Source: Endomicrobiales bacterium
GTDB taxonomy: Bacteria > Elusimicrobiota > Endomicrobiia > Endomicrobiales > CAWCFT01
Assembly (NCBI GenBank): GCA_963794945.1
Contig: CAWCFT010000008.1
Coordinates: 64,001 to 128,000, forward strand
Direction: 5' to 3'
DNA length: 64,000 bases
Positions 39,734 to 50,871 of the stretch are shown here, piece after piece; the first letter of the stretch is position 1, and every line of letters begins with the position of its first letter. The position numbers were made by a program, and so were the translations under genes. The notes beneath the pieces are model-generated. The model was not told the origin of the DNA. It saw nothing but the letters and a program-made list of their open reading frames with translations, and did not search any database.

Positions 39734-41068
39734 ATTGAGCGCCCATACACTTTGCCTAGGCTATTTATCTGGGACTTGACAGAATTCAGAGATGTCCCCC
39801 CCTGCGATGTTTTCGCTTCGACTGCCAGCGCCGGATCTGCCATTTTTTTAGCATCTTCGCTGAAAAGGCTCGAAAATCTCTTGAGTTCGGATAACGAAAG
39901 TTCATTAAGTTTGAGATTGTTTTTTATGCAATACGCCACCATATCCTTCACAATACCGTGAGCGGCCCTAAATGGCAATCCTTTCCTTGATAGATAGTCC
40001 GCGAGTTCGGTAGCCGACTGGTATCCCCTGTCGAGCGATAACTTCATCTTTGCGGAGTTAATTTTCATTGACGCTGTCATGCCAGCGGTTATATCAAGGC
40101 ACATCTTTATGGAGTCTACGGCATCGAACACAGGCGGTTTGTCTTCCTGCATATCCCTGTTGTAGGCTAGCGGCAGCGACTTCATAATCGTCAAAAGCGT
40201 CAGAAGGTCGCCATAAACCCTTCCGGACTTTGCCCTGACTATTTCTGCGCAGTCAGGGTTCCTCTTCTGAGGCATTATGGATGAACCGGAAGTAAATTCG
40301 TCCGAAAGCCTTATGAACCCGAACTCTTCGCTTGACCATAGCACAAGCTCTTCGGCATACCTTGAGAGATGCATTGAGATTATGCTTAAAGACGATAAGA
40401 ACTCCAGCGCAAAATCTCTGTCGCTCACGGCGTCTATTGAGTTGCCGCTTACTGAGTCGAACCCCAGTAGCTTGGCGACATAACCCCGGTCTATAGGAAA
40501 AGATGTCCCGGCCAGAGCCGCGCTGCCCAGGGGCATAACGTTTATCCTTTTTAGGCAATCCTTGAGCCTCTCAACGTCCCGCGCAATCATCCATCCGTAT
40601 GCAAGCAGATGGTGTGAGAACAGTACCGGCTGGCCTGGCTGAAGATGGGTGTAGCCAGGCATAACACTTTTGATATTTTTTTGAGATGTCCCTAAGATAG
40701 CAAGTCCCAGCTTATTTAAAAGTCCTATGATCTCAGCTGTCTCAGCTTTTAGGTAGAGCCGCATATCAAGCGCCACCTGGTCGTTCCTGCTTCTTGCCGT
40801 GTGCATCTTCCCGCCCACCGGGCCGATCTTCCTGATAAGCTCTTTTTCTACGGCGAAATGCACGTCTTCGGCCTTCGGGAGGCTTACGCCTCTTTTGATA
40901 CCGGCAAGCATGGCATCAAGCCCTTTTATGATCTTTGTGCCGTTCTGACGCCGGTATTATCCGGCATTTGACGAGCATCTTAACATGGGCCATAGAACCC
41001 TCGATGTCATAAGGGGCGAGCCGCTTGTCAAACGCGAACGAACCGATAAAACTTTCGTAATTTTTCAT
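39730..41068 (-). CDS. argH: Argininosuccinate lyase (indel near 40945)
   Basis: [38 protein letters not shown]. Confidence 0.95.
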
Positions 41069-41077
41069 AGTACCTCA

Positions 41078-41160
41078 GTGATAAGGGTTAAGTAGTAAGG
41101 GGCAAGAAAATCAAAATCTTTCCAGCTGTTCAGTTATCACTTACCCTCAGCCCCTACCCC
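41078..41160. repeat. Inverted short-repeat array, family 6 (TAAGGG / CCCTTA-like)
   Basis: gtgataagggttaagtagtaaggggcaag ... ttatcacttaccctcagcccctacccc. Confidence 0.6.
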
Positions 41161-42374
41161 TTTTTATCTCTTTTCTGTTTATCCAACATAGCCTTCACTT
41201 TCAATGGCAGCCCGAAAAGGTTTATAAAACCTTCGGCGTCTTTCTGATTATAAATCTCATCTTTGCCGAAAGTCGCCAACTTCTCCCAGTAAAGCGAGTT
41301 GGGAGAGGTTCTCGCCGCTGGTATTATATTTCCTTTATAAAGCTTGAGCTTAACAGTTCCGGTCACGCATTTCTGGGTCTCATTGATGAACGCATCGAAC
41401 GCTTCCCTTAAAGGAACGAACCACTGTCCGTTGTATACCATCTCCGCATACTTAGGAGCTATAAGCTCTTTGTAATGCAGCGTGTCCCGGTCGAGTGCGA
41501 GGGATTCCAGCTCCCTGTGCGCCGCATAGAGTACTGTCGCGGCAGGGGCCTCGTAGACTCCTCTTGATTTTATGCCAACCAGCCTGTTCTCAACTATATC
41601 AACTCTGCCTATGCCGTTTGCGCCTGCTATCTTGTTAAGCGACTCAACAAGTTCAACCGGCCCAAGTTTTTTCCCGTTTACCGATATGGGTATCCCCTTG
41701 TCAAAACCTATCGAAACATACGTGGGTTTATTGGGTGCATTAATAGGCGACACTGTCATCTGGAACATGGACTCATCATATTCGTTCGCTGGGTCTTCGA
41801 GAATACCGCCCTCGTACGAAATGTGCCAGAGGTTCGCGTCCGATGAGTAGGGTTTAGCCTTGGTCACGGGAACCGGGATACCATATTTTTTCGCGTAATC
41901 CATGGCGTCGTCCCTTGACCTAATACTCCACTCGCGCCAAGGGGCGATTATCTTGACTTCGGGCATCAGCGCCTTGAATGTCAACTCGAACCTTACCTGG
42001 TCATTGCCTTTTCCTGTAGCTCCATGGCATACTGCGTCAGCATTTTCTTTTTTTGCTATCTCAATTACCTTTTGAGCTATAATTGGCCTTGCGAGCGACG
42101 TGCCCAGAAGATACCTTCCTTCGTAAAGAGCCTCGGCTTTGATAGCCGGAAAAATATAATCCGTTACAAATTCTTTTTTCGCATCGATGATGTATACCTT
42201 GGATGCTCCCGTCTTGAGAGCTTTCGCCCGGAGAGGCTTTAACTCTTTTCCCTGGCCAACATCTATAGCGCAGGCGATAACCTCGGCCCCGTAAGTCTCT
42301 TTGAGCCACCTGAGTATAACCGATGTATCCAGGCCTCCCGAGTAAGCCACAACTACTTTTTTGATCTTCTGCAT
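41154..42374 (-). CDS. argG: Argininosuccinate synthase
   Basis: [30 protein letters not shown]. Confidence 0.97.
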   Translation of the reverse strand: MQKIKKVVVAYSGGLDTSVILRWLKETYGAEVIACAIDVGQGKELKPLRAKALKTGASKVYIIDAKKEFVTDYIFPAIKAEALYEGRYLLGTSLARPIIAQKVIEIAKKENADAVCHGATGKGNDQVRFELTFKALMPEVKIIAPWREWSIRSRDDAMDYAKKYGIPVPVTKAKPYSSDANLWHISYEGGILEDPANEYDESMFQMTVSPINAPNKPTYVSIGFDKGIPISVNGKKLGPVELVESLNKIAGANGIGRVDIVENRLVGIKSRGVYEAPAATVLYAAHRELESLALDRDTLHYKELIAPKYAEMVYNGQWFVPLREAFDAFINETQKCVTGTVKLKLYKGNIIPAARTSPNSLYWEKLATFGKDEIYNQKDAEGFINLFGLPLKVKAMLDKQKRDKKG

Positions 42375-43568
42375 TTAATTGTTTCCTCTCTGTATTTTAT
42401 TCAATGCTTCTTCCAGTACGAATAAAGCCGTATTTATATCCTTTTTCCCTATTATGAAAGGCGGCAGGAACCTAAGTATCTTATCCTGCGTACAGTTGAT
42501 CAGGAGTCCTTTTTCGAGACAAGACGCTACTATGTCCCCGCCAGGGATATCGAGCTCCAGCGCTGTCAGAAGACCCAAACCTCTTGCTTCCTTGATAAAT
42601 GAGAACTTCTTTTTGAGTTTCTGGAGTTTGGCCAGAAGGTATTTTCCGTTCGTTCTGACCTTTTCCAAAAGGGTAGCGTCAAGCTCGCCTATCACAGCTA
42701 TGGCCGCGGCGCATGAAACAGGGTTGCCGCCGAAAGTTGAACCGTGGCCACCGTAACCGAACGCCGAAGCGTATTTTTCGCTTATGATAGTCGCGCCCAT
42801 AGGCAAACCGCCGGCAAGGCTTTTAGCTAGCGTAATAACATCCGGCACAACTCCATACTGTTCGTATGAAAAGAACGTGCCCGTCCTGCCCATGCCGCAC
42901 TGCACTTCATCGAATATGAGTATCAGGCCTTTTTCGTCGCATAACTTTCTCAGGCCTTCAAGAAAACTTTTTTCCGCTATATTTACACCGCCCTCACCCT
43001 GAACGACCTCAATGAGTACCGCGGCGGTTTGATCCGTAACCAGCTTTGAAACTGAGTCCAAATCGTTGAACTCAGCGTACTTGAACCCCGCCGGCATCGG
43101 TTCGAAACCTTTATGGAACTTCGGCTGTCCGGTCGCGGCGAGTGTCGCGAGGGTCCTGCCGTGGAACGAGTTTGAGAACGATATCACCTCGAATTTTTTT
43201 GCGCCTTCCCGCGAGCTGTCCCACTTCCGCGCGAGCTTTATTGCGCACTCGTTGGCTTCGGCTCCGGAATTGGAGAAAAAAACCCGGCCCGGGAATGATA
43301 GGCCTACGAGCTTCTTCGCGAGCTCGCCCTGGGGCCCCGTGTAATAATGGTTAGAGGCGTGCATCAGTGTCCCTGCCTGTTTTTTAATAGCAGAGACGAC
43401 CCTGGTGTTGCAATGGCCCAGATTGCACACGCTTATGCCTGAAAAGAAATCCAGGTATTTTTTCCCATTCTCGTCATAAACAAACTTGCCTTTCGCTTTA
43501 GAAACGGTAAGTTCCTGCCGTTTGTAGGTTTGAACTATATACTGCTTATCGTTTTCGGTTATATTCAT
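42375..43568 (-). CDS. argD: Acetylornithine aminotransferase
   Basis: NSGAEANE, SFHGRT, FDEVQCGMGRTG, AKSLAGG, HGSTFGGNP. Confidence 0.95.
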   Translation of the reverse strand: MNITENDKQYIVQTYKRQELTVSKAKGKFVYDENGKKYLDFFSGISVCNLGHCNTRVVSAIKKQAGTLMHASNHYYTGPQGELAKKLVGLSFPGRVFFSNSGAEANECAIKLARKWDSSREGAKKFEVISFSNSFHGRTLATLAATGQPKFHKGFEPMPAGFKYAEFNDLDSVSKLVTDQTAAVLIEVVQGEGGVNIAEKSFLEGLRKLCDEKGLILIFDEVQCGMGRTGTFFSYEQYGVVPDVITLAKSLAGGLPMGATIISEKYASAFGYGGHGSTFGGNPVSCAAAIAVIGELDATLLEKVRTNGKYLLAKLQKLKKKFSFIKEARGLGLLTALELDIPGGDIVASCLEKGLLINCTQDKILRFLPPFIIGKKDINTALFVLEEALNKIQRGNN

Positions 43569-43582
43569 TTTATTATCCTTAT

Positions 43583-44331
43583 TTATTTGATCAATGTTCC
43601 TTTGAGCTTTGTCATGCTTTCTGCGCCGTTTGCTATCCAGACTTCTTTTATGCCGTTCTTCACCGAACGGGCGCAGGCTTTTATCTTGGGTATCATGCCG
43701 CCGGACACTATACCTCGCGAGATAAGCCTGTTTACTTCCGGGCGTTTTAGGCAGGGTATGGTCTTGTGATTCTCGTCAAGCACACCCGGCACATCAGTTA
43801 AAAGCACCAGTCGTCGGGCTTTGAGGCTCACGGCGATCGCCATGGCCAGTGAATCCGCATTGAGATTAAGAGCTTCGCCCTTAGCACCGAGGCCCAAAGA
43901 CGAAACTACCGGCATAAAACCGGCAGAAATAAGGGTTTTGATTATATTTGGATTAATTTTCACGGGTTCACCGACAAACCCAAGTTCTTTTATCTGTTTT
44001 GACGGGGCAAGACCGCAGTCTCTGCCTGAAATGCCGCAGGCAAGAACGCCCCTATTGTAAAGCTCACCCACAAAATATTTATTCACCTTGCCGCTAAGCA
44101 CCATCTCTACTACTTCGAGCGTTCGTGTCTGTCAGTGAATCTTAGCCCGCCAACAAACTTGCTCACTATCCCGAGCTTGCCCAGCCAGGCGTTGATCTCC
44201 GGCCCACCACCGTGAACAAGCACAATATTCTCTTTCTTCGATATCTTTGAAAGTTCGTCCAGGAATTTCTTTCTGGCTGGTTCGTTTTTAGCAAGGCTTC
44301 CGCCGAACTTTATTACTGTCACTGCTTTCAT
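43583..44331 (-). CDS. argB: Acetylglutamate kinase (indel near 44125)
   Basis: VIKFGGS, VHGGGPEI, NLNADS, TDVPG, GGMIPK. Confidence 0.93.
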
Positions 44332-44368
44332 GGGCGATCCTTTTTGTTTGAGCAAAATATTTTTTTGT

Positions 44369-45130
44369 TTAAGCCCTGGCTGCCGAATGCGGACAACTTT
44401 TCTTGAAATCACACCTTGGGCAAAAACTTTTTTCCGGCGCAAACTCCCTGCCCGATATCTTTCTAGCCACGTCCTCGGCTATACGCATGGCGGCGTCCGT
44501 CTGCACCTTGCTGCGGGTAGTGCTTATCTTTTCTCCGCGCGCCACGAAATAGAACGTGAGTATGCTTGGCTTAAAACCCAGCGCCCTTTCGCAGGCCAGG
44601 GCGTAGATGCTCATCTGCAGGTCACTGTCAACTTTTTCCTGCTTCCAAGTCTCATTATGGGTCTTATAATCTATGACCTCATAAGACCCGTCCGGGTGCC
44701 TGTCGATCCTATCTATTAAACCGCGCATGCTGTTCTTGCCGAATGCGAAGCTGAATTCCTTTTCAACGAACAATATCTTGGTCTTCAGGTTAAGGCTCTC
44801 AGAAAAATAGTTCTCCAGCATCCGCCTGCCTTTCTCAAAAAACTCGTATGTTTGCTGGGGCGAATTAAAACCTTCGTTCTTCCACGAGTTGTTGTAGCAG
44901 TCAATGAGGTCTTCAAGGTCGCCTGCTTTTTTTAAATGGAAGCTTTCCAACGTCCTGTGTATGCTTATACCGAGAGATATATACGGATTTGGCGGAACCT
45001 TCTGCCCTTTCTCATATAAAAGACAGTACTTATAAGGGCAGGATTGATACGCGTTTATCTTTGAATAACTTATTTCAATGCCGGGCCTGAAAAATGAAGA
45101 GAGCTTGCTTATTAATCCTTTAAACATCAA
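44369..45130 (-). CDS. RecB-family PD-(D/E)XK nuclease with a four-Cys Fe-S staple
   Basis: SYS...CPYKY, GLIDRID, VIDYKT, QMSIY, CPRCDFKKSC. Confidence 0.85.
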   Translation of the reverse strand: MMFKGLISKLSSFFRPGIEISYSKINAYQSCPYKYCLLYEKGQKVPPNPYISLGISIHRTLESFHLKKAGDLEDLIDCYNNSWKNEGFNSPQQTYEFFEKGRRMLENYFSESLNLKTKILFVEKEFSFAFGKNSMRGLIDRIDRHPDGSYEVIDYKTHNETWKQEKVDSDLQMSIYALACERALGFKPSILTFYFVARGEKISTTRSKVQTDAAMRIAEDVARKISGREFAPEKSFCPRCDFKKSCPHSAARA

Positions 45131-45711
45131 TTGCCTTTCTTGATATTTCTAAAAAAAGATACCAGCGTATCGCCATATTTTTCCTGCCTGAACATTTCAA
45201 GGCCTGCCGGCACACTGACAGGCTCTTTTTTATGATGCTGGCCTATTATCCAGCCGCCGCTTGCCAGTAATCCCGCGCGGGCTACCCCCAATAGCGCTGG
45301 CGTTGTAAGGAAAAGCGGCCGTTTGTGCTCATCCTTGTAAGGCGGGCCCATGAAAATTATATCGAACTGCAATTTTAACCAATCAAGGCCTTTCGTAATG
45401 TCAGCCCGCTGGATCACACCGCGCGCGGCGTAGCCAAGCATATCAATGTTTTCTTTGATGAGTTTGAGCGATACCGGGCTTTGTTCTATAAAAACCACCC
45501 TTCTGGCTCCGTTCGATAACGCCTCGAGCCCAACGGCGCCCGTGCCAGCGAACATATCAAGGAACTCGGCCCCTTGAAGCTTTGGGCGGATTATGTCAAA
45601 CAACGACTTTTTCATACGTCCCAGCATCGGCCTTATTGAAAGGTCATCTGCTTTAAGGGTATTAAGCACCCTGCCTCTTGCATCGCCGCTCAAAATTCTA
45701 AGACCGCTCAT
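45127..45711 (-). CDS. rsmD: 16S rRNA m2G966 methyltransferase
   Basis: LRILSG, FLDMFAGTGAVGLEALSNGA, IFMGPPY, KYGDT. Confidence 0.9.
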   Translation of the reverse strand: MSGLRILSGDARGRVLNTLKADDLSIRPMLGRMKKSLFDIIRPKLQGAEFLDMFAGTGAVGLEALSNGARRVVFIEQSPVSLKLIKENIDMLGYAARGVIQRADITKGLDWLKLQFDIIFMGPPYKDEHKRPLFLTTPALLGVARAGLLASGGWIIGQHHKKEPVSVPAGLEMFRQEKYGDTLVSFFRNIKKGN

Positions 45712-45890
45712 TTTTTGCCTGTTTTGAAAGCCTATTCAAATTTATATCCGTAATGATAAACGATAAAGATTCCTGAGCAAATTATTCTGATTATTCTACT
45801 ATTATTTGGAATTTTAGTCAATAAAAATGCCGATATCTCAAGTTAGATACCGGCCAATCAGCGCAATTATTGCTTCAGGACATTAATATA

Positions 45891-45963
45891 TGGAGCTGAT
45901 GGGATTTGAACCCACTACCTCTTCCTTGCCGAGGAAGCGCTCTACCAACTGAGCTACAGCCCC
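45891..45963 (-). tRNA. tRNA-Ala(GGC), CCA not encoded
   Basis: GGGGCTGTAGCTCAGTTGGTAGAGCGCTTCCTCGGCAAGGAAGAGGTAGTGGGTTCAAATCCCATCAGCTCCA; G3:U70 pair. Confidence 0.92.
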
Positions 45964-45965
45964 AA

Positions 45966-46082
45966 AACTAAATATCAAATATTAAACATCAAATATCAAA
46001 AATAAGGTTAACTACTCCTATAAATTTATTTTGCAGCGCAAAACTCGATAATTTTGATCTTTAATGCTTGATTTTTGGATTA
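45966..46082. repeat. Inverted short-repeat array, family 5
   Basis: aaatatcaaatattaaacatcaaatatcaaaaataaggttaac ... ttttgatctttaatgcttgatttttggatt. Confidence 0.75.
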
Positions 46083-46161
46083 CTTAAAGTAGAAAAGAAT
46101 ATACAATAATAATGAATGAAAGTCAAATTTTATGTGAAAGAAGCGGAAAAAAGGGAGGCTA

Positions 46162-47178
46162 TTACCAAACATCGCGCGCCATACTTACGTTTTCGAGGTC
46201 GTCTGCTACTATCATATTCATGGAGCCTTGCGCCACAAGAACACTTCTGATCAGCACGGCACGTCCGGAAGATGAACCGGCTATCGCCACCTCAAACCCG
46301 CCAGGAAAGTTGTTTGATGCGACTCCGTACTCCGGGATGGTTTTCGGGCATGCGGGTGTCGTCCACTTTGAACTGTTGGAAGAAACACCGTAGCTGAACC
46401 CCCCGATCACGACCCCGGTTATCATGCTTGTCAAAACTTTAAAGCGGTACATTGGGATCGTGTATGAGCCGGCCGCCGTAATACCGCCAGCCGAACTAAA
46501 CGAAAAGAACGCGCTATTTTCACTTGTTTGGGTTGAATCCCATGCATTTTTTATCCCCATTGCGTAAAGGGCCGCGATAGCATTTTGCTGTTTGTTACCT
46601 GTCGTGGGAATAGATGTGATCTGGTCATAATCCGCGAACTGGATGCTCTGCCACTCAATAACATTGTATGACGGCGCGGCCCTGATGGGCTTAGGTGTCA
46701 CAGCGGTAAGGTAATAATAGTTTAATCTATATACATCAACTTTCACAGTTGAAGTCCCGCTAAGCAGTGTAGGCATAGAATCGTTACTGGCGAAAAACAG
46801 GCAGTTCCCGACAGAAGCCTGATTAAAGTTAGTGGTCCCCAACGCAAGGGTGCCTATTTCCTGTATAGTGGGAAGCACAGAACCTGTCAGTATCATGGGA
46901 GCGCCTGGGCCGCTAATGCTCGACAAATAAACATTATCAGCGGCTGTATTATTAAATATGCGCTTGCAGGAACCAAGCCTCAAGTATATCCTGTTAAGAG
47001 TTGCCTGGTTCGTCACTCTGAGCTGCGTAGCCGCCTCGTACATCGAATAGCTTTTTGTGGTTTGCATGAGAAGCATCGCAATTACGGGCGTGACTATGCC
47101 AAAGATGGCAACCGCCATCATGAGTTCGACCATTGTCGCGCCAAGCTTACTGTGATATACTGAATTGTACTTGATCAT
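46162..47178 (-). CDS. Type IV minor pilin-like protein (PilW/GspJ-like)
   Basis: Class III signal KLG|ATMVELMMAVAIFGIV with Glu at +5. Confidence 0.75.
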   Translation of the reverse strand: MIKYNSVYHSKLGATMVELMMAVAIFGIVTPVIAMLLMQTTKSYSMYEAATQLRVTNQATLNRIYLRLGSCKRIFNNTAADNVYLSSISGPGAPMILTGSVLPTIQEIGTLALGTTNFNQASVGNCLFFASNDSMPTLLSGTSTVKVDVYRLNYYYLTAVTPKPIRAAPSYNVIEWQSIQFADYDQITSIPTTGNKQQNAIAALYAMGIKNAWDSTQTSENSAFFSFSSAGGITAAGSYTIPMYRFKVLTSMITGVVIGGFSYGVSSNSSKWTTPACPKTIPEYGVASNNFPGGFEVAIAGSSSGRAVLIRSVLVAQGSMNMIVADDLENVSMARDVW

Positions 47179-50100
47179 AGCCGTAATGTAATGGATAATT
47201 TTGCCTGTATGCCTCAACACACAAAATATAGCTTACTCCTTTTGTAAGCCCCGAAAGATTATTCCATGTATACGATGTGGTGCTTAAAGAGTGAGCTGAA
47301 TCATAAATGCCTTCCTGCGCTATAGTGCCGTCGCTGCAGAAACGCCAATTTGCGCCGTCGAAATATTTTACATTGTATACCATTGTGGTGCTTTCCGAAT
47401 ATCCCGCAGTATAATCAACTGTGTAAAGATTTCCGTCCCACCTCAGCCATGAGATCGTCCATGTTATAGGGATCGAAGTAGTCGCGTTATTAAATGAACT
47501 GGTCACCAGCGGATTGGTTATCTGGACATAAGGCAGTTGCGGAATATGACTCTGCCCCGTGTAGAGCCCAGCATCGAGAAAAGACCTTATCATGTTCATT
47601 ACTATGTACCCGCCCATCTGTATAGTGCCGAAATTCGACTGTGTAGAAAGGCCGTTGGCCGAAACGTAACAGGTACTGGAACCCAGCACCATTTGCACCA
47701 CAGCGCTCGCGTTGTCCGAACTACTGTATTCGGAAGTATAGTAAACCCTTGAAACCCCGGTAGCGGGTACAGTGGGTATTGAAATAGTAGTTCTCATGCC
47801 TGAATAAATGGAGTTGTTCCATTCAGGCGGCATGCCATTGTTCGAGTTATTGAGGTTAAAAGGCCTTGGGGCGGAGATCGGGGTTATAAGCGGCTGGCTG
47901 AAAACTGTCGACATATCAAGGCCCAAAGCGGTGATATCTCCATTAGAGCCATCGGCAAAGTCATGGCCGTAGGTTCCGGAACCGTTTCCCGCTGTTTGAC
48001 CGTTATAAAATGACTCGCACCCCTGAGAGCCGGTGTTAACCGACCTGTTAAAGTTAAAATAATTGTTGAACGGAGCCGTAGTATGAGTTGTGCGCCAGTA
48101 ATTCCCTGGCCCTGTAGGCACATTGCCTGTGCTTGTCCAGGTGGCGTAATCCTGATCCTGATATAGTTCCCCTATCCAGTTCTTCGCAAACCAGGTTAAA
48201 TCAGTACTTGCAATAAGTCTTACCGGGCCGTTCAATATTTCATCTATATGAGTCAAGCTGTTATCCGTAACTGTGTTCCATGGCTGGTTGATGAACGGCA
48301 ATGACCCGGTAGGAGGAGCGCCGTAAAATGGATCCTTATCCATGCCGAATTCGCCTCCCATTCCGACATAGTAATAGCTGAACCCGTTCATAGTGGTCCA
48401 TATGCTTTCAGTAGCAAGCAGGCCCTGGCGGTAAATCTGGAAATACCTCGGGATATCCATATCGCAATTCCCGTTCCAGCCGTTCGTTGTATACGAAAAG
48501 CTGCTGTAGCTGAACTGGGTGTTAGGTATAGATGTGAACCACCAGTTGTACCTGCTGGTTTGTTTTACATCAAGATAAGGGCAATGGCGCGGGTCGCCCA
48601 TGAACTGGTACTGCTCTGTCACAGGAGGCGCCTGGTTAACCCAGAAATATGTCCTGGAAAGGTTCGGATACTGATATTGAATGCCGGTATTCAGGTCTGA
48701 ACCTATACGCGTTTCAACCGTGTGCATGCCTGTGGCAAAAGAGTTCGCGGCAAAAGTTATAACCCACCTGGCTGTATTCTTGGTTATACTTGAGGTGACG
48801 AGATCGTTTGAAAAACCATCCGTTATATTGCCCACGGGGCAGGGAATGTATTCAAGTCCGTAAAGAGTATTGGCTGAACTTAAGCCACCGTTGCTGGCAC
48901 TTGAAGTTGAATTAAAGATAGGGCTGTCGAGGAGCGTTATTAATGTTCCACCTCCCGCCGGGTTCGTAACCGTGCAAACTGAGGTGGATTTTGAGAGATC
49001 AACACTGACTCTCTGATAAGCGGTGTCAGGGCCGCCGACAATTTCCTGCACAGTTATATTCGAGCTTGTTACAGTATCAGTTGGTATATAAACCGTGGCA
49101 AGGGGGATTTTATCAAATGGAACAAGTTCTTTGAGTTGATGCGCGCTTGACCAGTAAAGCTTTGCGCAAGCAACGCCAGTGTCTTGATAATAATCCATTT
49201 CAACGTAATATGTGCTATTTGCTGTAAGAGGGCAAATTGCGGTGGAAGTGGACATAGTGGCGGCCTGGTCGTTCCAGTCACTTATAAGGTTTGTAATGGT
49301 TGAACCATTGGTAATATTTAAATTTACCCCATCGTCAGTAAGTGCATAAAAAGTATAATTTTCAGAATATTCTGGCGTAATATAACCGGTCCACCTTACG
49401 ACAAACTTGTTAACGCTTATTGAAGGATCAGGAGGGTTGGGATTAACAGGGTTTCCGCTGCCGCACCAGTCAAAGTTTATATTTCTATCATAGCGTGTAA
49501 GAGTTGGTGTCATAGTGTTAATATTACTAGGATTTGGCGGAGTACTATTGAAAGCGTTGGAATAATACTGTCCCAGAACGCCGACATTATTGCTGGTGCG
49601 GTACGAATAAACCCGCAGTGTTACCGGATTGGATGCACTTGTATATTCGAGATTCTGCGGATGAGTAACAAGCCTCTTATACGGAAATATCGCAGGTGAC
49701 TTGGCGGCGTCAGAATAATTGCGCATAGGCGGTAAAGGCATGAGTTCTCCGTGAAGGTTTACAATGATCGCATTCTTATAAGCCGCCGGGTTAGAATTCA
49801 TGTTCTCTATCAGCATCCTCAGGCTAGGCTCAGGGTCGCCTCCGGGCAGTGAGGAATAATAATTATAAAGGGCCAGTTCATCCGGATACCTGACGGCATG
49901 ATTTTGCATATCACAGAGAGGGTAACTTGCGGCATTTGTCCTTACATTGTCAACGTCAAGCCGCCCGCCTATCATGGATGCGAGATAATAATCATATGGA
50001 ACATTAGCTGGAAGGCCGTCAGCGCCCGTCGTCCTCATATGACCTGGATAGAAATACACATAAGGCATGGCAACATCATTTGTATCATCGTCCTCGTTGA

Positions 50101-50791
50101 TGTAAGGATAATATTCCTGATCTCTACCGTAAGCCAGCCGGTGTATCAAATGCGGCCTTATTATAAGCCCGGGATTTAAAAGCTCTATGCTCTGCAATAC
50201 GTTGTCAAAGACAGAACTCATCGTTGACAGATCCGACCACCAGCCAGGAACGTTTTGGATCTCAATAATGTAAACATCAAGGACCTGAGTGGGAACTGGG
50301 TTCGCGGTTATCGTCCTCAATATAGCGACAGTCTCAGCAAGGGTCTCTGCTGGTTGTCCGGGGTTTGAAAGGCTATTGCGGTAGATATCCACTGTGACCC
50401 TTCTTGTATAAGGGTTATTCGGGTCCTTTAAAACATTGATGTTTCTCAGATATTTCCACTTACCGCCGCGGATGATGTTGCCGCTTAACGGGTTTCCGGG
50501 GTCCGTTATAGCCTGATTTGATGTAAGCATATAGCTGTAGGTGCTTCCATCATTATAGTCATCAAGCACGTTAATTTGCGTTATTTCCGCGCCCGAAACA
50601 AGCGACCGCAGTTCTTCCATTATCTGTATGGCCTTTTCCGTAGCGAACGCTTTATCCTTTATCTCCACGGACTGCTTGCTCATAAAATTCTGGATATAAA
50701 TTATCGACATGCTCACGATAGCAAGGATAGACACCGCGAGTATAGCCTCTAGAACGCTGAAACCTTTTTGAGATCTGAATATTTTATTCAT
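47147..50791 (-). CDS. Giant (~1,210 aa) prepilin-type protein with an internal PA14 domain
   Basis: QKG|FSVLEAILAVSILAIV; PA14-like NINFDW...FVVRWTGYI...YTFYALTDDGV...YVEMDYYQ...KLYW at about 49115-49580. Confidence 0.8.
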   Translation of the reverse strand: MNKIFRSQKGFSVLEAILAVSILAIVSMSIIYIQNFMSKQSVEIKDKAFATEKAIQIMEELRSLVSGAEITQINVLDDYNDGSTYSYMLTSNQAITDPGNPLSGNIIRGGKWKYLRNINVLKDPNNPYTRRVTVDIYRNSLSNPGQPAETLAETVAILRTITANPVPTQVLDVYIIEIQNVPGWWSDLSTMSSVFDNVLQSIELLNPGLIIRPHLIHRLAYGRDQEYYPYINEDDDTNDVAMPYVYFYPGHMRTTGADGLPANVPYDYYLASMIGGRLDVDNVRTNAASYPLCDMQNHAVRYPDELALYNYYSSLPGGDPEPSLRMLIENMNSNPAAYKNAIIVNLHGELMPLPPMRNYSDAAKSPAIFPYKRLVTHPQNLEYTSASNPVTLRVYSYRTSNNVGVLGQYYSNAFNSTPPNPSNINTMTPTLTRYDRNINFDWCGSGNPVNPNPPDPSISVNKFVVRWTGYITPEYSENYTFYALTDDGVNLNITNGSTITNLISDWNDQAATMSTSTAICPLTANSTYYVEMDYYQDTGVACAKLYWSSAHQLKELVPFDKIPLATVYIPTDTVTSSNITVQEIVGGPDTAYQRVSVDLSKSTSVCTVTNPAGGGTLITLLDSPIFNSTSSASNGGLSSANTLYGLEYIPCPVGNITDGFSNDLVTSSITKNTARWVITFAANSFATGMHTVETRIGSDLNTGIQYQYPNLSRTYFWVNQAPPVTEQYQFMGDPRHCPYLDVKQTSRYNWWFTSIPNTQFSYSSFSYTTNGWNGNCDMDIPRYFQIYRQGLLATESIWTTMNGFSYYYVGMGGEFGMDKDPFYGAPPTGSLPFINQPWNTVTDNSLTHIDEILNGPVRLIASTDLTWFAKNWIGELYQDQDYATWTSTGNVPTGPGNYWRTTHTTAPFNNYFNFNRSVNTGSQGCESFYNGQTAGNGSGTYGHDFADGSNGDITALGLDMSTVFSQPLITPISAPRPFNLNNSNNGMPPEWNNSIYSGMRTTISIPTVPATGVSRVYYTSEYSSSDNASAVVQMVLGSSTCYVSANGLSTQSNFGTIQMGGYIVMNMIRSFLDAGLYTGQSHIPQLPYVQITNPLVTSSFNNATTSIPITWTISWLRWDGNLYTVDYTAGYSESTTMVYNVKYFDGANWRFCSDGTIAQEGIYDSAHSLSTTSYTWNNLSGLTKGVSYILCVEAYRQNYPLHYGYDQVQFSISQ

Positions 50792-50871
50792 ATCAATAAC
50801 CTTTATCGGCACCTGCCTATATGGCCTGGAATCAAGAATATATCATTGTAAATCCAAGTGTTTTTGACAGA

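Noticed and set aside
44369..45130. Cas4-like nuclease implying a CRISPR system
   Set aside because: No repeat-spacer array or other cas gene in the window; consistent with a stand-alone RecB-family nuclease.
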